From contig JBFYLP010000002.1 of assembly GCA_041305345.1 (NCBI GenBank), positions 5,367 through 69,366 on the forward strand: DNA of 64,000 nucleotides. The letters are read 5' to 3'. The notes beneath the pieces were generated by a model, which was not told the DNA's origin, ran no database searches, and saw only the letters and a program-made list of their open reading frames with translations. Both the position numbers and the translations under genes were made by a program. The DNA is from Candidatus Micrarchaeota archaeon. GTDB taxonomy: Archaea; Micrarchaeota; Micrarchaeia; Norongarragalinales; SBBD01. Shown in pieces: positions 19,540-29,709 of the stretch; position 1 is the stretch's first letter, and each line of letters opens with the position of its first letter.

Positions 19540-20757
19540 ATGAGCCAGCACAGCAAGGAGATGTATGAATTCAAGAAGCAGCTAAAGGCGCTTAGGGATT
19601 TCCAGGGGAAGGGCACCGAGCTCATCTCCCTATACATCGGGCCCAATATGCAGATATCTGACTTCACGGCAAAACTACGGGATGAATTCGGCCAGGCATC
19701 AAACATCAAGAGCAAAACCACGCAGAAAAACGTACAGGGCGCAATTGAGCGGGTAATGCAGTATTTAAAGGTGCTAGGCCACAAGGCGCCTCCAAGCGGG
19801 ATTGCAATTTTCGCCGGCAACATCTCCGAACAGGAGGGGAAATCCGACATCCAGCTTTTTTCCATTTTCCCCCCCCAGCCATTGACCACCTCTTTCTACA
19901 GGTGCGAATCCTCCTTCCAAATAGTGCCATTGGAGGAGATGCTCGAACAAATTGGCTCCTATGGCCTTGTTGTGCTTGATGGGAAGGAAGCCACAGTTGC
20001 AATCCTGAAGGGCAAAAGTTACAAGGTAATCCGCACGCTCACCTCAACCGCCCACCAGAAGGTGATGAAGGGCGGCCAATCCGCAGCAAGGTTCCAGCGG
20101 ATCCACGAGGAGGTTGTCGAGGTCTACTATAAGCGTATCGGCGAGGCAATGGATGCATTCCTCGAGCAGAAGAATTTCAAGGGCGTCATTGTCGGAGGCC
20201 CGGGGCCCGCGAAGGAGGATTTCATGCGCTTAAAACCATTCAATTACCAGCTGAAAGTGCTGGGCGTTGTTGATACGGGCTACACCGACGAGTTTGGCAT
20301 AAGGGAAATCCTCGAGAAATCCGCCGACCTGATACACGAACAGGAAGCAATCAAGGAGAAGAAGCTGCTTGGCGATTTCATGCGCGCTGTTTCAACTGAT
20401 GGGCTAGCGACTTATGGTTATGCCGAGATAAAAGAAGCACTGGAGAAGAACCAGATTGCAAAACTTTTAGTAACCGAGGATATGGATCTCCACCTGCTTA
20501 AAATCAGCTGCCTGCAATGCGGCAACGAGGAGGAAAAAGTGTACGAAGGCAACATGCATACGGTTGATTCCGAGCTCAAATGCTCCAAATGCAATTCAAA
20601 ATGCCGCTTGCTTTCCGAAAAGGACCTTCTGACCGAGCTGCAGGACATTGCGGCTGCGAAGGGGGTCGAAATCGAGATGGTCTCGCAGGAAACAGTTGAA
20701 GGGGAGCAATTCTTCGCCACCTTCCACGGGCTGGGGGCGTTTCTTCGTTACAAATAG
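19540..20757 (+). CDS. prf1: peptide chain release factor aRF1
   Basis: NIKS stop-codon recognition motif and GGQSAARFQR (GGQ) motif. 405 aa. Confidence 0.9.
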   Translation: MSQHSKEMYEFKKQLKALRDFQGKGTELISLYIGPNMQISDFTAKLRDEFGQASNIKSKTTQKNVQGAIERVMQYLKVLGHKAPPSGIAIFAGNISEQEGKSDIQLFSIFPPQPLTTSFYRCESSFQIVPLEEMLEQIGSYGLVVLDGKEATVAILKGKSYKVIRTLTSTAHQKVMKGGQSAARFQRIHEEVVEVYYKRIGEAMDAFLEQKNFKGVIVGGPGPAKEDFMRLKPFNYQLKVLGVVDTGYTDEFGIREILEKSADLIHEQEAIKEKKLLGDFMRAVSTDGLATYGYAEIKEALEKNQIAKLLVTEDMDLHLLKISCLQCGNEEEKVYEGNMHTVDSELKCSKCNSKCRLLSEKDLLTELQDIAAAKGVEIEMVSQETVEGEQFFATFHGLGAFLRYK

Positions 20758-20759
20758 CA

Positions 20760-21950
20760 ATGGCATCAAGCCTGAATATCGTTTTAAATAGCCTGATTCC
20801 TAATTTCTCCATGGCAGAGCAGTTCCTCGTAAGCAGGGAAGCGCATTTCATCAAGCAAAGGTTTCGTGAGTACTATAAGCAAAATCTGAAGCCTCCAAGC
20901 AGCCTTAATATGCGCGAGTTCGGCTTTGGCTTCGAGAAGAAAATCGATTTTCGCCACAAGGCGTTCGGCTCCGGACTGGAGCTCAAGGCATTCATTGAGC
21001 GCGAATCGCCGTTATTCATGTCTTATTCTGCCGCATATTACCGCTACCCTGCAGCCCAGCCGATGGGGAAGAAGGAATTTTTAGGTGCGGACCTCATCTT
21101 CGATTTGGATGCCGCAACCGATCACGCCAACCACAACAAAATCCATTGCAGCTATTGCCTCGAAATGGTCAAGCGTGACACGATCAGATTGGTCGAGGAA
21201 TTCCTGACTAGGGATTTTGGCTTTTCCAAGGAAGAATTAGGCATCAATTTCTCCGGCCAGAAGGGCTACCACATCCACCTGGAGGGCAAAAAATTCCGCG
21301 AACTTACGCAGGAAGCGAGGAAACAGCTTCTAAATTATATCACCGCAACCGATCTCGACTTGGATTCCATCCTGGTAAAGCAGCAGTTGGGGCATGGCAG
21401 ATTCGTGCTCAAAGGCCCCGATGAAAAAAGCCTGGGCTGGGCTAAAAAGCTCTACGCCGCAGCAACGAATTTCATACGCGATGCGAAAGTGGATGATCTG
21501 AGGTATTTTGGCCTTAGGAAGACGGATGCCGAATCGGTTTTTGATAGGAAGGAGTTCATCCTCAAGAAGATGGCAGAAGGCAACTGGGATTTGCTAAAGG
21601 GTCTCGATAGGCTATGGGAAAACCTACTTCACCAGTCGGTTTCCCTGCAAAATGTGAATGTTGATAGGAATGTCACATTCGACCTGGCGCGTCTAATCAG
21701 GCTTCCGGATTCACTCCACGGGGATACCGGCTACATTGCCAAATCGCTATCACTATCCGATCTTGCCAATTTCAACCCCTCGAAAGATGCAATCGCTTTC
21801 ACCGGCAAGCCCCTCCTTATCCGGAATACGGATGCAATCGATTTCGAATTCGCCGGTGAGCAATATCATTTGATAGCGCACGAAGAACGTGAACTGCCCG
21901 AAGCGCTTGCGATGCTGCTGCTGTGCAAGAAGCAGGCGAAACTGGTTTAA
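20760..21950 (+). CDS. priS: DNA primase small (catalytic) subunit PriS
   Basis: DLIFDLDAATDH catalytic aspartates, a Zn-knuckle CSYC, and size typical of archaeal/eukaryotic p41-type primase. Confidence 0.8.
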   Translation: MASSLNIVLNSLIPNFSMAEQFLVSREAHFIKQRFREYYKQNLKPPSSLNMREFGFGFEKKIDFRHKAFGSGLELKAFIERESPLFMSYSAAYYRYPAAQPMGKKEFLGADLIFDLDAATDHANHNKIHCSYCLEMVKRDTIRLVEEFLTRDFGFSKEELGINFSGQKGYHIHLEGKKFRELTQEARKQLLNYITATDLDLDSILVKQQLGHGRFVLKGPDEKSLGWAKKLYAAATNFIRDAKVDDLRYFGLRKTDAESVFDRKEFILKKMAEGNWDLLKGLDRLWENLLHQSVSLQNVNVDRNVTFDLARLIRLPDSLHGDTGYIAKSLSLSDLANFNPSKDAIAFTGKPLLIRNTDAIDFEFAGEQYHLIAHEERELPEALAMLLLCKKQAKLV

Positions 21951-21977
21951 ATCCTGCTCTGAATAATTTAAACTGCT

Positions 21978-22586
21978 TTGGTTATGAAAATCGAAATCCC
22001 AAATGGCCTGGATCCGCAAATTATGGAAGAAGCCAAACGCAGGGCACGGGCACTGGAACCCAAATTCCTACCTGTCCACGAACTTAAGCGGCCCGTCACA
22101 CAAGCCGAATATGACCGTGAGTTGGGTTTTTACAAGGGCACATCATTGATATTGGGCCTTAAACACGGCATTCCGTTGAAGGTGAAGCGCCAAAAAATAT
22201 TCAGGTCGGTCATTTTTGCAATTATGAACGACCATATCCAGGAATCGGTTGGGAACATACTTGGCAACGATGCTGCAGCTCTCAAAACGTATGCGGATCG
22301 CGTTAAGTCCATATCCGCCATTTTCGGCTCAAATCACGAAACAGTCCGGGTCGGTGATCACAATAAGGCATTGATCCTTGCGGCGCTTAGTGCAAAGCAT
22401 ATGTCTTCCGGAGCGAAAACTCCCCCGACGCTGAAGGAATTATATGAAAAATTCAGTGAACAGCCGGTTATTAAAAGGCTGGGATTGGCAATCAACTTCT
22501 TCCCTTTTGAAAATCTAGTACGTACAAAGCTTTCGGGAATCATTCCCGTCATTTCTGGTGAACGCAAAAAAAAAGAATCAAAGTAG
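21978..22586 (+). CDS. hypothetical protein
   Basis: 202-aa ORF with no recognised motif. Confidence 0.4.
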   Translation: MVMKIEIPNGLDPQIMEEAKRRARALEPKFLPVHELKRPVTQAEYDRELGFYKGTSLILGLKHGIPLKVKRQKIFRSVIFAIMNDHIQESVGNILGNDAAALKTYADRVKSISAIFGSNHETVRVGDHNKALILAALSAKHMSSGAKTPPTLKELYEKFSEQPVIKRLGLAINFFPFENLVRTKLSGIIPVISGERKKKESK

Positions 22587-22591
22587 TCGAT

Positions 22592-23239
22592 ATGTGGATA
22601 GCGGAACTTAAGCTCAAGAGGGAAAAATCCGTAATCGTAGCTGGGAGCGCCGATTTTGACGTCACCATTGCATCCTATTACCTGAACGTCTTCAAGAAGG
22701 ATGGGAAGGCATTCGTGAACAAAGTAGTGCTGGTGCAAGGGCCTGGCAAGGAAAAATACCTAAAGAGCGTCATTTCCCATTTCGGGAAAAAGGTCAGGTG
22801 CGTTGAGGGAAACCAGGTGTTCTACCAGCACGAGAGCCTGGATGCGTTCAATGCTCAGGTGATGAATTCGGAGGTAATTTTCATCAAGCCGATCATCGGG
22901 AAGGGCGGCTACGAATACTGGACGATTGCGAGCTGGGACAAGAAGCACCTGAAAGATCTAGCTAAAAAGATATCAAAGGGCAAGGGTATTAAGGTGTGGG
23001 TGCTAGGGATCCGCAAGCAACTAGTTGATCTCTTCATCTCCAATGTTTTCGAGCATATGACCAGCAAGCAAGTCAATTCAATCAAAACCGCCGTAACAAA
23101 CGGTTATTTTGATTACCCCCGTAAAAATTCTCTCGAGGAAATAGCCAAAAAGGAGCACCTGCACGAAAGCACCTTCCGCGAACATCTCCGGAAGGCCGAA
23201 GGCACGATAATAAAAGCAGCCCTTCGAGACGAACTGTAA
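22592..23239 (+). CDS. transcriptional regulator with C-terminal Bat-type HTH (HTH_10) domain
   Basis: C-terminus MTSKQVNSIKTAVTNGYFDYPRKNSLEEIAKKEHLHESTFREHLRKAEGTII matches the bacterio-opsin-activator HTH pattern (GYFD.PR...L.E.A..L..S.ST..EHLRKAE). N-terminal sensor domain unknown. Confidence 0.55.
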   Translation: MWIAELKLKREKSVIVAGSADFDVTIASYYLNVFKKDGKAFVNKVVLVQGPGKEKYLKSVISHFGKKVRCVEGNQVFYQHESLDAFNAQVMNSEVIFIKPIIGKGGYEYWTIASWDKKHLKDLAKKISKGKGIKVWVLGIRKQLVDLFISNVFEHMTSKQVNSIKTAVTNGYFDYPRKNSLEEIAKKEHLHESTFREHLRKAEGTIIKAALRDEL

Positions 23240-23315
23240 AACCCCCTATATCGGGGGTAAATCTATTTAATAGCATTCAAGTACATTACTACTTGCAATA
23301 TTTGAGGGGTTTAAT

Positions 23316-24788
23316 GTGAACAAGTGGGTCAAGGTAGACATCCGTAACGACGCCAGCCTTTTCCCTGTGTTCCTGTTCGAATCCGGCTGCGGAAGGAACA
23401 GCAGAATGCAAAAGGCGCTTGGCGTGAGCTACAAGGGCTTGATGTATCAGTTCAAGGAAGGCACGTGGTGCTTTTATGAAATTCAGGGCGACAACAAGGA
23501 GGTCAGTTTGAAGCTGATGAAGAAGGTTCAGAAAAATCCGGAATTCATCGAATTTGCGATTAAAGAAACTTACCGGTTGGGAAACAAAATGCTCGATCTG
23601 ACGGAAGAAATAAGCGCCACCAATTTGATGCATAAATCCAATCGGCAATTGTGGGGCTATTATGACGCATACTGCAACCGCTGCAAGGAAATGCGCGGCT
23701 TTGCGTGGGTCGCGCCGGCGCTAGATTTGAGCAGCACGTTATCGGATGCATTGAAGGATATAATCAGAAATCACCTGCCCGATGCCTCCGAGCAAGAAGT
23801 CAGTATATTCTTCACAACTCTCACCAACCCCAAAAAGCGAACCCTCGGAAAGCAGCAGGATGCTGATTTATTGAAAATTGCATTGATGATCAAGAAAGCC
23901 GCCGACATCAAATCCCCAACCACCCGGAAATTGCTAAATTCCCACGTTAAAAAAAACGAATGGCTTCCCTGCAACTATGAAAACGAGCCCTGGGACAAAA
24001 AATATTTTGAATCAGTATTGTTGAGCATGTTCAAGCAAGGGATAAATGTCAAAACAGAGCTGGAACGGATCGAAAAGAAGGAGAAGGAGACCGAATTCCA
24101 GAGGGAAAAAACGATCTCGGAACTCAAGCTCTCGAAATCGGAAATCAAACTATTCGATATTGCAGCAGAGCTGATCTTCTTTAAGGCAAACCGGAAGGAC
24201 ATGCTTTTCAAGAGCTATTTCCAGATGAGGCTGTTGATAGCTGAGATTGCAAAGAGGTTGCATCTCTCTGTAAAGCAGGTGAGGTTCATGCTTCCAAATG
24301 AAGTAAAAGAGGGGTTATTTTCAGGTAAAACAGATTCTGCTCTTTACAGCCACCGTTACGTATTCTCCGTTGCAATCAGCGAAAATGATGAAACTAAAGT
24401 TTATGTGGGGAAGGAAGCAGAACGCATTATGAAAGAGGATGTAATTACTGAAAAAACCATAATTACCAATGAGCTTCGGGGCCAATGCGCCTGCCCGGGT
24501 TATGCAAAAGGAGCCGTAAAGCTCATCCTATCGCCCAAAGACATGTATAAAATGAATCAGGGCGACATTCTTGTCTCTCCGGCGACAAATCCGGATGTGG
24601 TGCCAGCAATGAAGAAGGCCGCAGCCATAATCACGAATACCGGCGGCCTCACCTGCCACGCGGCGATTGCGAGCCGGGAGCTGAACATCCCCTGCATTGT
24701 TGGCACTAAAAATGCGACGGATGTGCTTAAGGATGGGATGAACGTGGAAGTGAATGCAACAAAAGGCATTGCAAGGCTGGTGAAATGA
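23316..24788 (+). CDS. PEP-utilizing-enzyme swivel (phosphohistidine) domain protein with a PPDK_N-like N-terminal domain, paralog 1
   Basis: C-terminal 95 aa: GQCACPGYAKGAVKLI...GDILVSPATNPDVVPAMKKAAAIITNTGGLTCHAAIASRELNIPCIVGT, the canonical mobile-domain His motif. The region just upstream (DMLFKSYFQMRLLIAEIAKRLHLSVKQVRFMLPNEV) resembles the ERD...DIFFLTLDE end of PPDK_N/rifampin-phosphotransferase ATP-grasp domains. Confidence 0.6.
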   Translation: MNKWVKVDIRNDASLFPVFLFESGCGRNSRMQKALGVSYKGLMYQFKEGTWCFYEIQGDNKEVSLKLMKKVQKNPEFIEFAIKETYRLGNKMLDLTEEISATNLMHKSNRQLWGYYDAYCNRCKEMRGFAWVAPALDLSSTLSDALKDIIRNHLPDASEQEVSIFFTTLTNPKKRTLGKQQDADLLKIALMIKKAADIKSPTTRKLLNSHVKKNEWLPCNYENEPWDKKYFESVLLSMFKQGINVKTELERIEKKEKETEFQREKTISELKLSKSEIKLFDIAAELIFFKANRKDMLFKSYFQMRLLIAEIAKRLHLSVKQVRFMLPNEVKEGLFSGKTDSALYSHRYVFSVAISENDETKVYVGKEAERIMKEDVITEKTIITNELRGQCACPGYAKGAVKLILSPKDMYKMNQGDILVSPATNPDVVPAMKKAAAIITNTGGLTCHAAIASRELNIPCIVGTKNATDVLKDGMNVEVNATKGIARLVK

Positions 24789-26317
24789 GGGGTTTTTCCG
24801 TTTTCAAGGGAAGGAGGAATTACATCCAAGCTACCGAGGCGACTTTGCACCTGATATTCATTCCGGGATATGCCACCGTGAAATTGATGAAAAGCCGGCT
24901 AGGCTATGGGTACGATTCGATAATCGGCATCAACCGGAACGATTTCGTCCAATGGCTCTACGACCAGGAGGACCTGAAACGGATTACTGAAAGGCTTATC
25001 AATGAAATTGAAAAGGATCCCCATCACCTAGAAAAAATAATCGCACTATGGGGGAAGGACCTCGAAAAATACGTGGCAACCTGCAAATTCCTTGATGATG
25101 AAGACCTCTGGAAATTGACTGATGAGGAATTGATATTGGCGTATGATGAATTCCTGAATGCATACCTTGCCGAATGGAGCATTCCCATAATTGCAGATGC
25201 CATAAGCCTCCATTCCGAGGGCCTGGCAAGGCACGGTCTTATCCGCCTGCTAAAAAATCAAGGCGAGGAAAGGAATTTCCCAAAATACTTCCCTCTCCTG
25301 ACCTCGCCCGTGAACATATCCTTTGCAAACTCTGAAAAAAAGGACATGCTTCGGATGGCATTGGGATTTTCCAAGTCCGGCTATGGGAATAAGATTCAAA
25401 AGATGGGCATCAAGCAGGCAGCAGCCTTCCTGATTTCCACGCCTGGAATTTATAAACGGCTTTTAAAACATAGCAAAAAATACCATTGGATCAGGAACAG
25501 CTACCTTATATCGAGGGATCTCAAGCCAACTGATTTTGCGCTAGAATTGGCGGAATTCCTCAAGAAGGGCGATTTGGGCCTTTCAAACGAAATCCGTAGA
25601 ATGGATGCAAACTTCAGCAGACTTAAGCGTGAAAAGGCGCAACTTGCTAGGTCCCTTAAAATTAGCGGAGAATTGAAGCTCATATTCGGCATTATCGAAC
25701 GGTTTGGCTGGTGGCAGGATGAGCGGAAGAAGCAGAATTTGATCGGCGACCATTACGTTTGCCGCTTCCTCAACGAGTTTGCCAGAAGGCTGCATGCGAC
25801 ATATTTCGATTTAGCCTATACGACCCCGTTTGAACTGGTTGATTGCCTTAAAAGGAAAAAAATCGACGTTAAAATAATGAAAGACCGGAGAAAATACAGC
25901 ATAATGGTCATTGGAAAAGGCTGCGATGGCATCTTTGTCGGTAAGGAGGCAACTGGACTTGAAAAAATCCTTCTCGGAAAGGAAAAACCTGCATTTGATG
26001 ACGTGCGAGGCCAATGCGCTTCAATTGGGAGGGCCGAGGGATTTGTGAGGATCATAAACAATTCAAAGGACATTGCCAAGATGAAGCCCGGAGATATCCT
26101 GGTTAGCAGCATGACCCGGCCGGAGCTTGTGCCGGCAATGAAAAAAGCAGCGGCAGTTGTAACGGATGAAGGCGGAATTACCTCTCACGCGGCAATAGTC
26201 TCGCGTGAGCTTGGAATTCCCTGCATAATCGGAACAAAAGTTGCCACGAAAATGCTCAAGGACGGCGATTTCGTGGAAGTCAACGCCAATCACGGAGTCG
26301 TAAGGAAGGTGGAATGA
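24785..26317 (+). CDS. PEP-utilizing-enzyme swivel domain protein, paralog 2
   Basis: C-terminus RGQCASIGRAEGFVRII...GDILVSSMTRPELVPAMKKAAAVVTDEGGITSHAAIVSRELGIPCIIGT. Upstream region is homologous to paralog 1. The start overlaps the paralog 1 stop (ATGA). Confidence 0.6.
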   Translation: MRGFSVFKGRRNYIQATEATLHLIFIPGYATVKLMKSRLGYGYDSIIGINRNDFVQWLYDQEDLKRITERLINEIEKDPHHLEKIIALWGKDLEKYVATCKFLDDEDLWKLTDEELILAYDEFLNAYLAEWSIPIIADAISLHSEGLARHGLIRLLKNQGEERNFPKYFPLLTSPVNISFANSEKKDMLRMALGFSKSGYGNKIQKMGIKQAAAFLISTPGIYKRLLKHSKKYHWIRNSYLISRDLKPTDFALELAEFLKKGDLGLSNEIRRMDANFSRLKREKAQLARSLKISGELKLIFGIIERFGWWQDERKKQNLIGDHYVCRFLNEFARRLHATYFDLAYTTPFELVDCLKRKKIDVKIMKDRRKYSIMVIGKGCDGIFVGKEATGLEKILLGKEKPAFDDVRGQCASIGRAEGFVRIINNSKDIAKMKPGDILVSSMTRPELVPAMKKAAAVVTDEGGITSHAAIVSRELGIPCIIGTKVATKMLKDGDFVEVNANHGVVRKVE

Positions 26318-26476
26318 AGAAATTTAATGCGGATGCGCCGGATTTTTTTGCAGGCTGAAGTGATGGGCGGAATTGAGTGTTTTTTTCGAGTGAAAAAGGC
26401 CTGAAAGCAGCTGGCACTTGAAAATTGATGGAATCCTGGGGATTAGGCACGATTTGAAGCTCTAATGAATCCTAGT

Positions 26477-28147
26477 TCATTTGACAAACGGCTCCAGATC
26501 CATCTCGAATGCCGCAACCGGGACTTCCAGTTTCAGGTTTTCCAGCACCAGGGGGCTTATTTCGCCGATGACTGCAATTTGATGCATTGAACCCTCGATT
26601 TCCGCCATTATTGCCGCCTGCCTTCCCTTTATGAAAGTAGGGATGTCCGCTTTATTCAACTTATGAGGCACCCGGAGCCTTCTTAACAGTTCCATCAGCA
26701 CGCCGGTTATGTCGCTGATGTTGGCCTGGGCGCCGGCGATTGCCGCTGCAATGTGCAATTCGTTCGAAGCAGAAAACTCGGATCCTAGCTTTTCCCTTGC
26801 AATGAATCCCAATTCAAAGGCCTTTTGGGGGTAGGGGTTATGCATGTTCCTTGAGAGCGTTTCAAGCATTGGTGGCAGCAGCGAATTCCTGATGTTTTCA
26901 TACTCCTCGCTCACGGGGTTCTTGATGATTATCGGAAGCTCCTTCGAAAGCGCCCTCTTGAATATGTTGTCGTTGGTCAAAATGGGGTTGTTTATCTGAA
27001 GGTAACCCGCGCCTGCCATCAGGTCCGAAAGCGCATCCATAAGTTTGGTTCTGGAAGTAAGCCCGCCCTTCGTGAAAACGGACGGTGGCTTTGGCTCGAA
27101 ATTATTGTATCCGTAACCGAGTGCCACTTCCTCGATCAGATCTACGGGATGCAGGAAATCCGCCCGATACCGCGGAATGAGGCATTCCAGGGTTGTCGCA
27201 TCCTTAAGTTTTGCGGAAATGCGCTGTTTCTCCAAAGCAGTGATGATTTCCGTCCCTTTCAGGGTGGTGCCGAGCAATTTGTTTGCCTCGGCCACTTTCA
27301 GCTCCATTTTTTCGGGCGCCGTTTCAGGCGTGACAACAGTTTTGCCGCCCTCCCTGATTTCAACGGTTTTTACCTTCGCTCCCCGGTCAAAAAAATCCTG
27401 GCAGAGAATATTCAATGCGGTATTGCAGGCGTGGAAATCCGTCCCCGTAATATCTATGAAAATCGTTTTGGTGCTGGTTGTCATTTCCGTGAGAATCCCG
27501 TTGATGATGGGCGGGAAGGAAAGCACTTGGTTCCTCGAATCGAAAATGATGGGATACTTCGGCGAATCCTTAAGAATCCATCCATATTCGATCCCTTTCT
27601 CGTGCTTCTCGAGGATTTGCCTCAAATTCATCTTCTGGCTCTTCATAAGAGGCACGAACTCCACACCCTCAGGAGCAACCGCTTTGTAGTAGAACGGAGG
27701 CACCAGTGATGCCATGTCGTGCAGCCCTATCGCGACTTTTTTCCTCTTCCTTCCGTGAGTCAAAGTGAGCTTTTCTTGAATCTGAATGAGGTCCTTGAAA
27801 TCATCCTCGGAAATGCTCAGGTTCTCCACTACTGCCGCAACAATGAACTCCCTTACCTGCTTCACATTCTCATCAACATGCAAGACATAGCCTCCCCTCT
27901 CGAATTTCTCTTCGGGTATGCCCCGCTCAATCCCCAGATATCCCTTCAATGCGCGTGCGATCCCTTCCGCAGAAAGCAGGTCTGGCCGGTCGCCGGTTAC
28001 TTCAATTTGGAGCTCATCGCCCTCTACCGAATCAATCGGCGCCTTGATCTGATGAAGGGCGGTTTCCAGCTGCTGCTCACTAAGCTTCTTCCCTACCAGC
28101 TTTTGCAAATGACTTTTTCTCACAGCGGTTGTAACCATAGTTATCAT
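26477..28147 (-). CDS. pheT: phenylalanine--tRNA ligase beta subunit, archaeal type
   Basis: About 550 aa with B3/4- and B5-like regions. Located directly downstream of pheS with an ATGA overlap. Confidence 0.85.
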   Translation of the reverse strand: MITMVTTAVRKSHLQKLVGKKLSEQQLETALHQIKAPIDSVEGDELQIEVTGDRPDLLSAEGIARALKGYLGIERGIPEEKFERGGYVLHVDENVKQVREFIVAAVVENLSISEDDFKDLIQIQEKLTLTHGRKRKKVAIGLHDMASLVPPFYYKAVAPEGVEFVPLMKSQKMNLRQILEKHEKGIEYGWILKDSPKYPIIFDSRNQVLSFPPIINGILTEMTTSTKTIFIDITGTDFHACNTALNILCQDFFDRGAKVKTVEIREGGKTVVTPETAPEKMELKVAEANKLLGTTLKGTEIITALEKQRISAKLKDATTLECLIPRYRADFLHPVDLIEEVALGYGYNNFEPKPPSVFTKGGLTSRTKLMDALSDLMAGAGYLQINNPILTNDNIFKRALSKELPIIIKNPVSEEYENIRNSLLPPMLETLSRNMHNPYPQKAFELGFIAREKLGSEFSASNELHIAAAIAGAQANISDITGVLMELLRRLRVPHKLNKADIPTFIKGRQAAIMAEIEGSMHQIAVIGEISPLVLENLKLEVPVAAFEMDLEPFVK

Positions 28148-29610
28148 TTGTTTCTTAGGAACTGCAGATCCTGCGAGTGCAGGTCCCGGATGTCCTTTAC
28201 CTCCAGCCTGATCATCGCCAGCCTATCCAGCCCTAGGCCCCAAGCAAGCACCGGAGTTTCGCATCCCAGCGGAAGGGCCATTTCAGGCCTGAAAATGCCA
28301 GCTCCCCCAACCTCCGTCCATTTATCATTGATCTTTACCATCATCTCCACTGAAGGCTCGGTGAACGGGAAGTATGAGGGCGCAAACTGAACCTCGGAGG
28401 GTTTGGCACCGAAAATGTCAACTGCAAATGTTCTCAGGTAGCCCAGAAGTTCGCGGAAGCTCATATTCTCATCAACCACTATCCCTTCACATTGGTTGAA
28501 CTCAAGGAAATGCTTCCAATCGATGTCATCGGGCCGGAATACCTTGCCGATGCAAAACATCTTGATTGGGGGCATCACCCCTGCTGCAAGTGTGCGCGCA
28601 GAAACAGTGGTGGTTTGGGATCTAAGGACGATGCGCGAGGCCATCTTCTCATTCCACGAGTACCCCCAGCCTTTCGAGCCTGCGATGCCTTTCTCGTGGG
28701 CCAATTTGACTTTGGCAACCAGTTTTCCATTTGGCAATTTTCCGGGAGGCAATTCCAGCTGGAAAACATCGTGGATATCCCTTGCAGGATGGTCCTGGGG
28801 CATGAAGAGCGCATCCATGTTCCAGAATTCGAGCTCTGTAAAGGGCCCTTCCGCTTCCCGAAAACCCAAGGAAACGAGCTGTTCCTTCAATTCCCTAATG
28901 AATTGCAAATAGTAATGCTTCTTCCCCAAATAATCGCTCCTTTTTTGGAGCATCGTGTGGATGTCATATTCCCTGAACTGCTTGTCCTTCCACCTGCCTT
29001 CCTTTATCATTATGGTGGTTAGCTGCGAAATCTTCTCGACAACCGGCGCCGCGGCAGCCCTCCTTCCCTCCGCGGTGATCTTGGCCTCGAATTCCTTCTC
29101 ATCAACCAATGTAGCCAAATTCCTGCCCCTCAAATTCTCAAATGCCGGGTTTTTCTCGAATGCGATTTTTCGACCCTTCAATTTTCCAAGCAGTTTTTCC
29201 TCATCGGTTAGGCTTGGCTCCTTAACCAATGTAACCACGGTTTTTCCCACTTCCTTCATTATCGCAATCCAGCCATTCCTCCTCCCCCACTGGATTGCGA
29301 TCTGCGCCTCGGCGGGAGAGAGTTTTGCAACATCCGCAATGGAGCTAAGCTCGATTGCTGTTTTCTTCAAATGCTCCGCAAGCTTGCGTTCCGGAAGCCC
29401 GTTTTCAGCATATGCCTTGCCTTCGGGAGTCAATTCGGCAAAAGAGGCCTCCTTCCTGCTTAATTCGATCAGCTTCTCCCCTGCCAGCTTGTCAAGGACG
29501 CTCATTACCGATGCATATTCGATCTGGGAGATTTCGGATATTTGCCTTGCCCCCAAAGCGCCCTTATGCCCTTCAAGTGAGTGAAGCACCCTCAGGTCCA
29601 GTTCGTTCAT
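28144..29610 (-). CDS. pheS: phenylalanine--tRNA ligase alpha subunit, archaeal/eukaryotic type
   Basis: Class II motifs FRPDDIDWKHFLEFNQCEG and GAGIFRPEM...GLGLDRLAM. 488 aa. Confidence 0.9.
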   Translation of the reverse strand: MNELDLRVLHSLEGHKGALGARQISEISQIEYASVMSVLDKLAGEKLIELSRKEASFAELTPEGKAYAENGLPERKLAEHLKKTAIELSSIADVAKLSPAEAQIAIQWGRRNGWIAIMKEVGKTVVTLVKEPSLTDEEKLLGKLKGRKIAFEKNPAFENLRGRNLATLVDEKEFEAKITAEGRRAAAAPVVEKISQLTTIMIKEGRWKDKQFREYDIHTMLQKRSDYLGKKHYYLQFIRELKEQLVSLGFREAEGPFTELEFWNMDALFMPQDHPARDIHDVFQLELPPGKLPNGKLVAKVKLAHEKGIAGSKGWGYSWNEKMASRIVLRSQTTTVSARTLAAGVMPPIKMFCIGKVFRPDDIDWKHFLEFNQCEGIVVDENMSFRELLGYLRTFAVDIFGAKPSEVQFAPSYFPFTEPSVEMMVKINDKWTEVGGAGIFRPEMALPLGCETPVLAWGLGLDRLAMIRLEVKDIRDLHSQDLQFLRNK

Positions 29611-29709
29611 CCCTATCAGCAGGATTATGCTGTTCCGATTTATAAGCCATTTGGGAGAGGGCGGTCGAGGTGGAAAAAGGGCCGAATTTGGAATAATTTG
29701 CCTCCCTGC

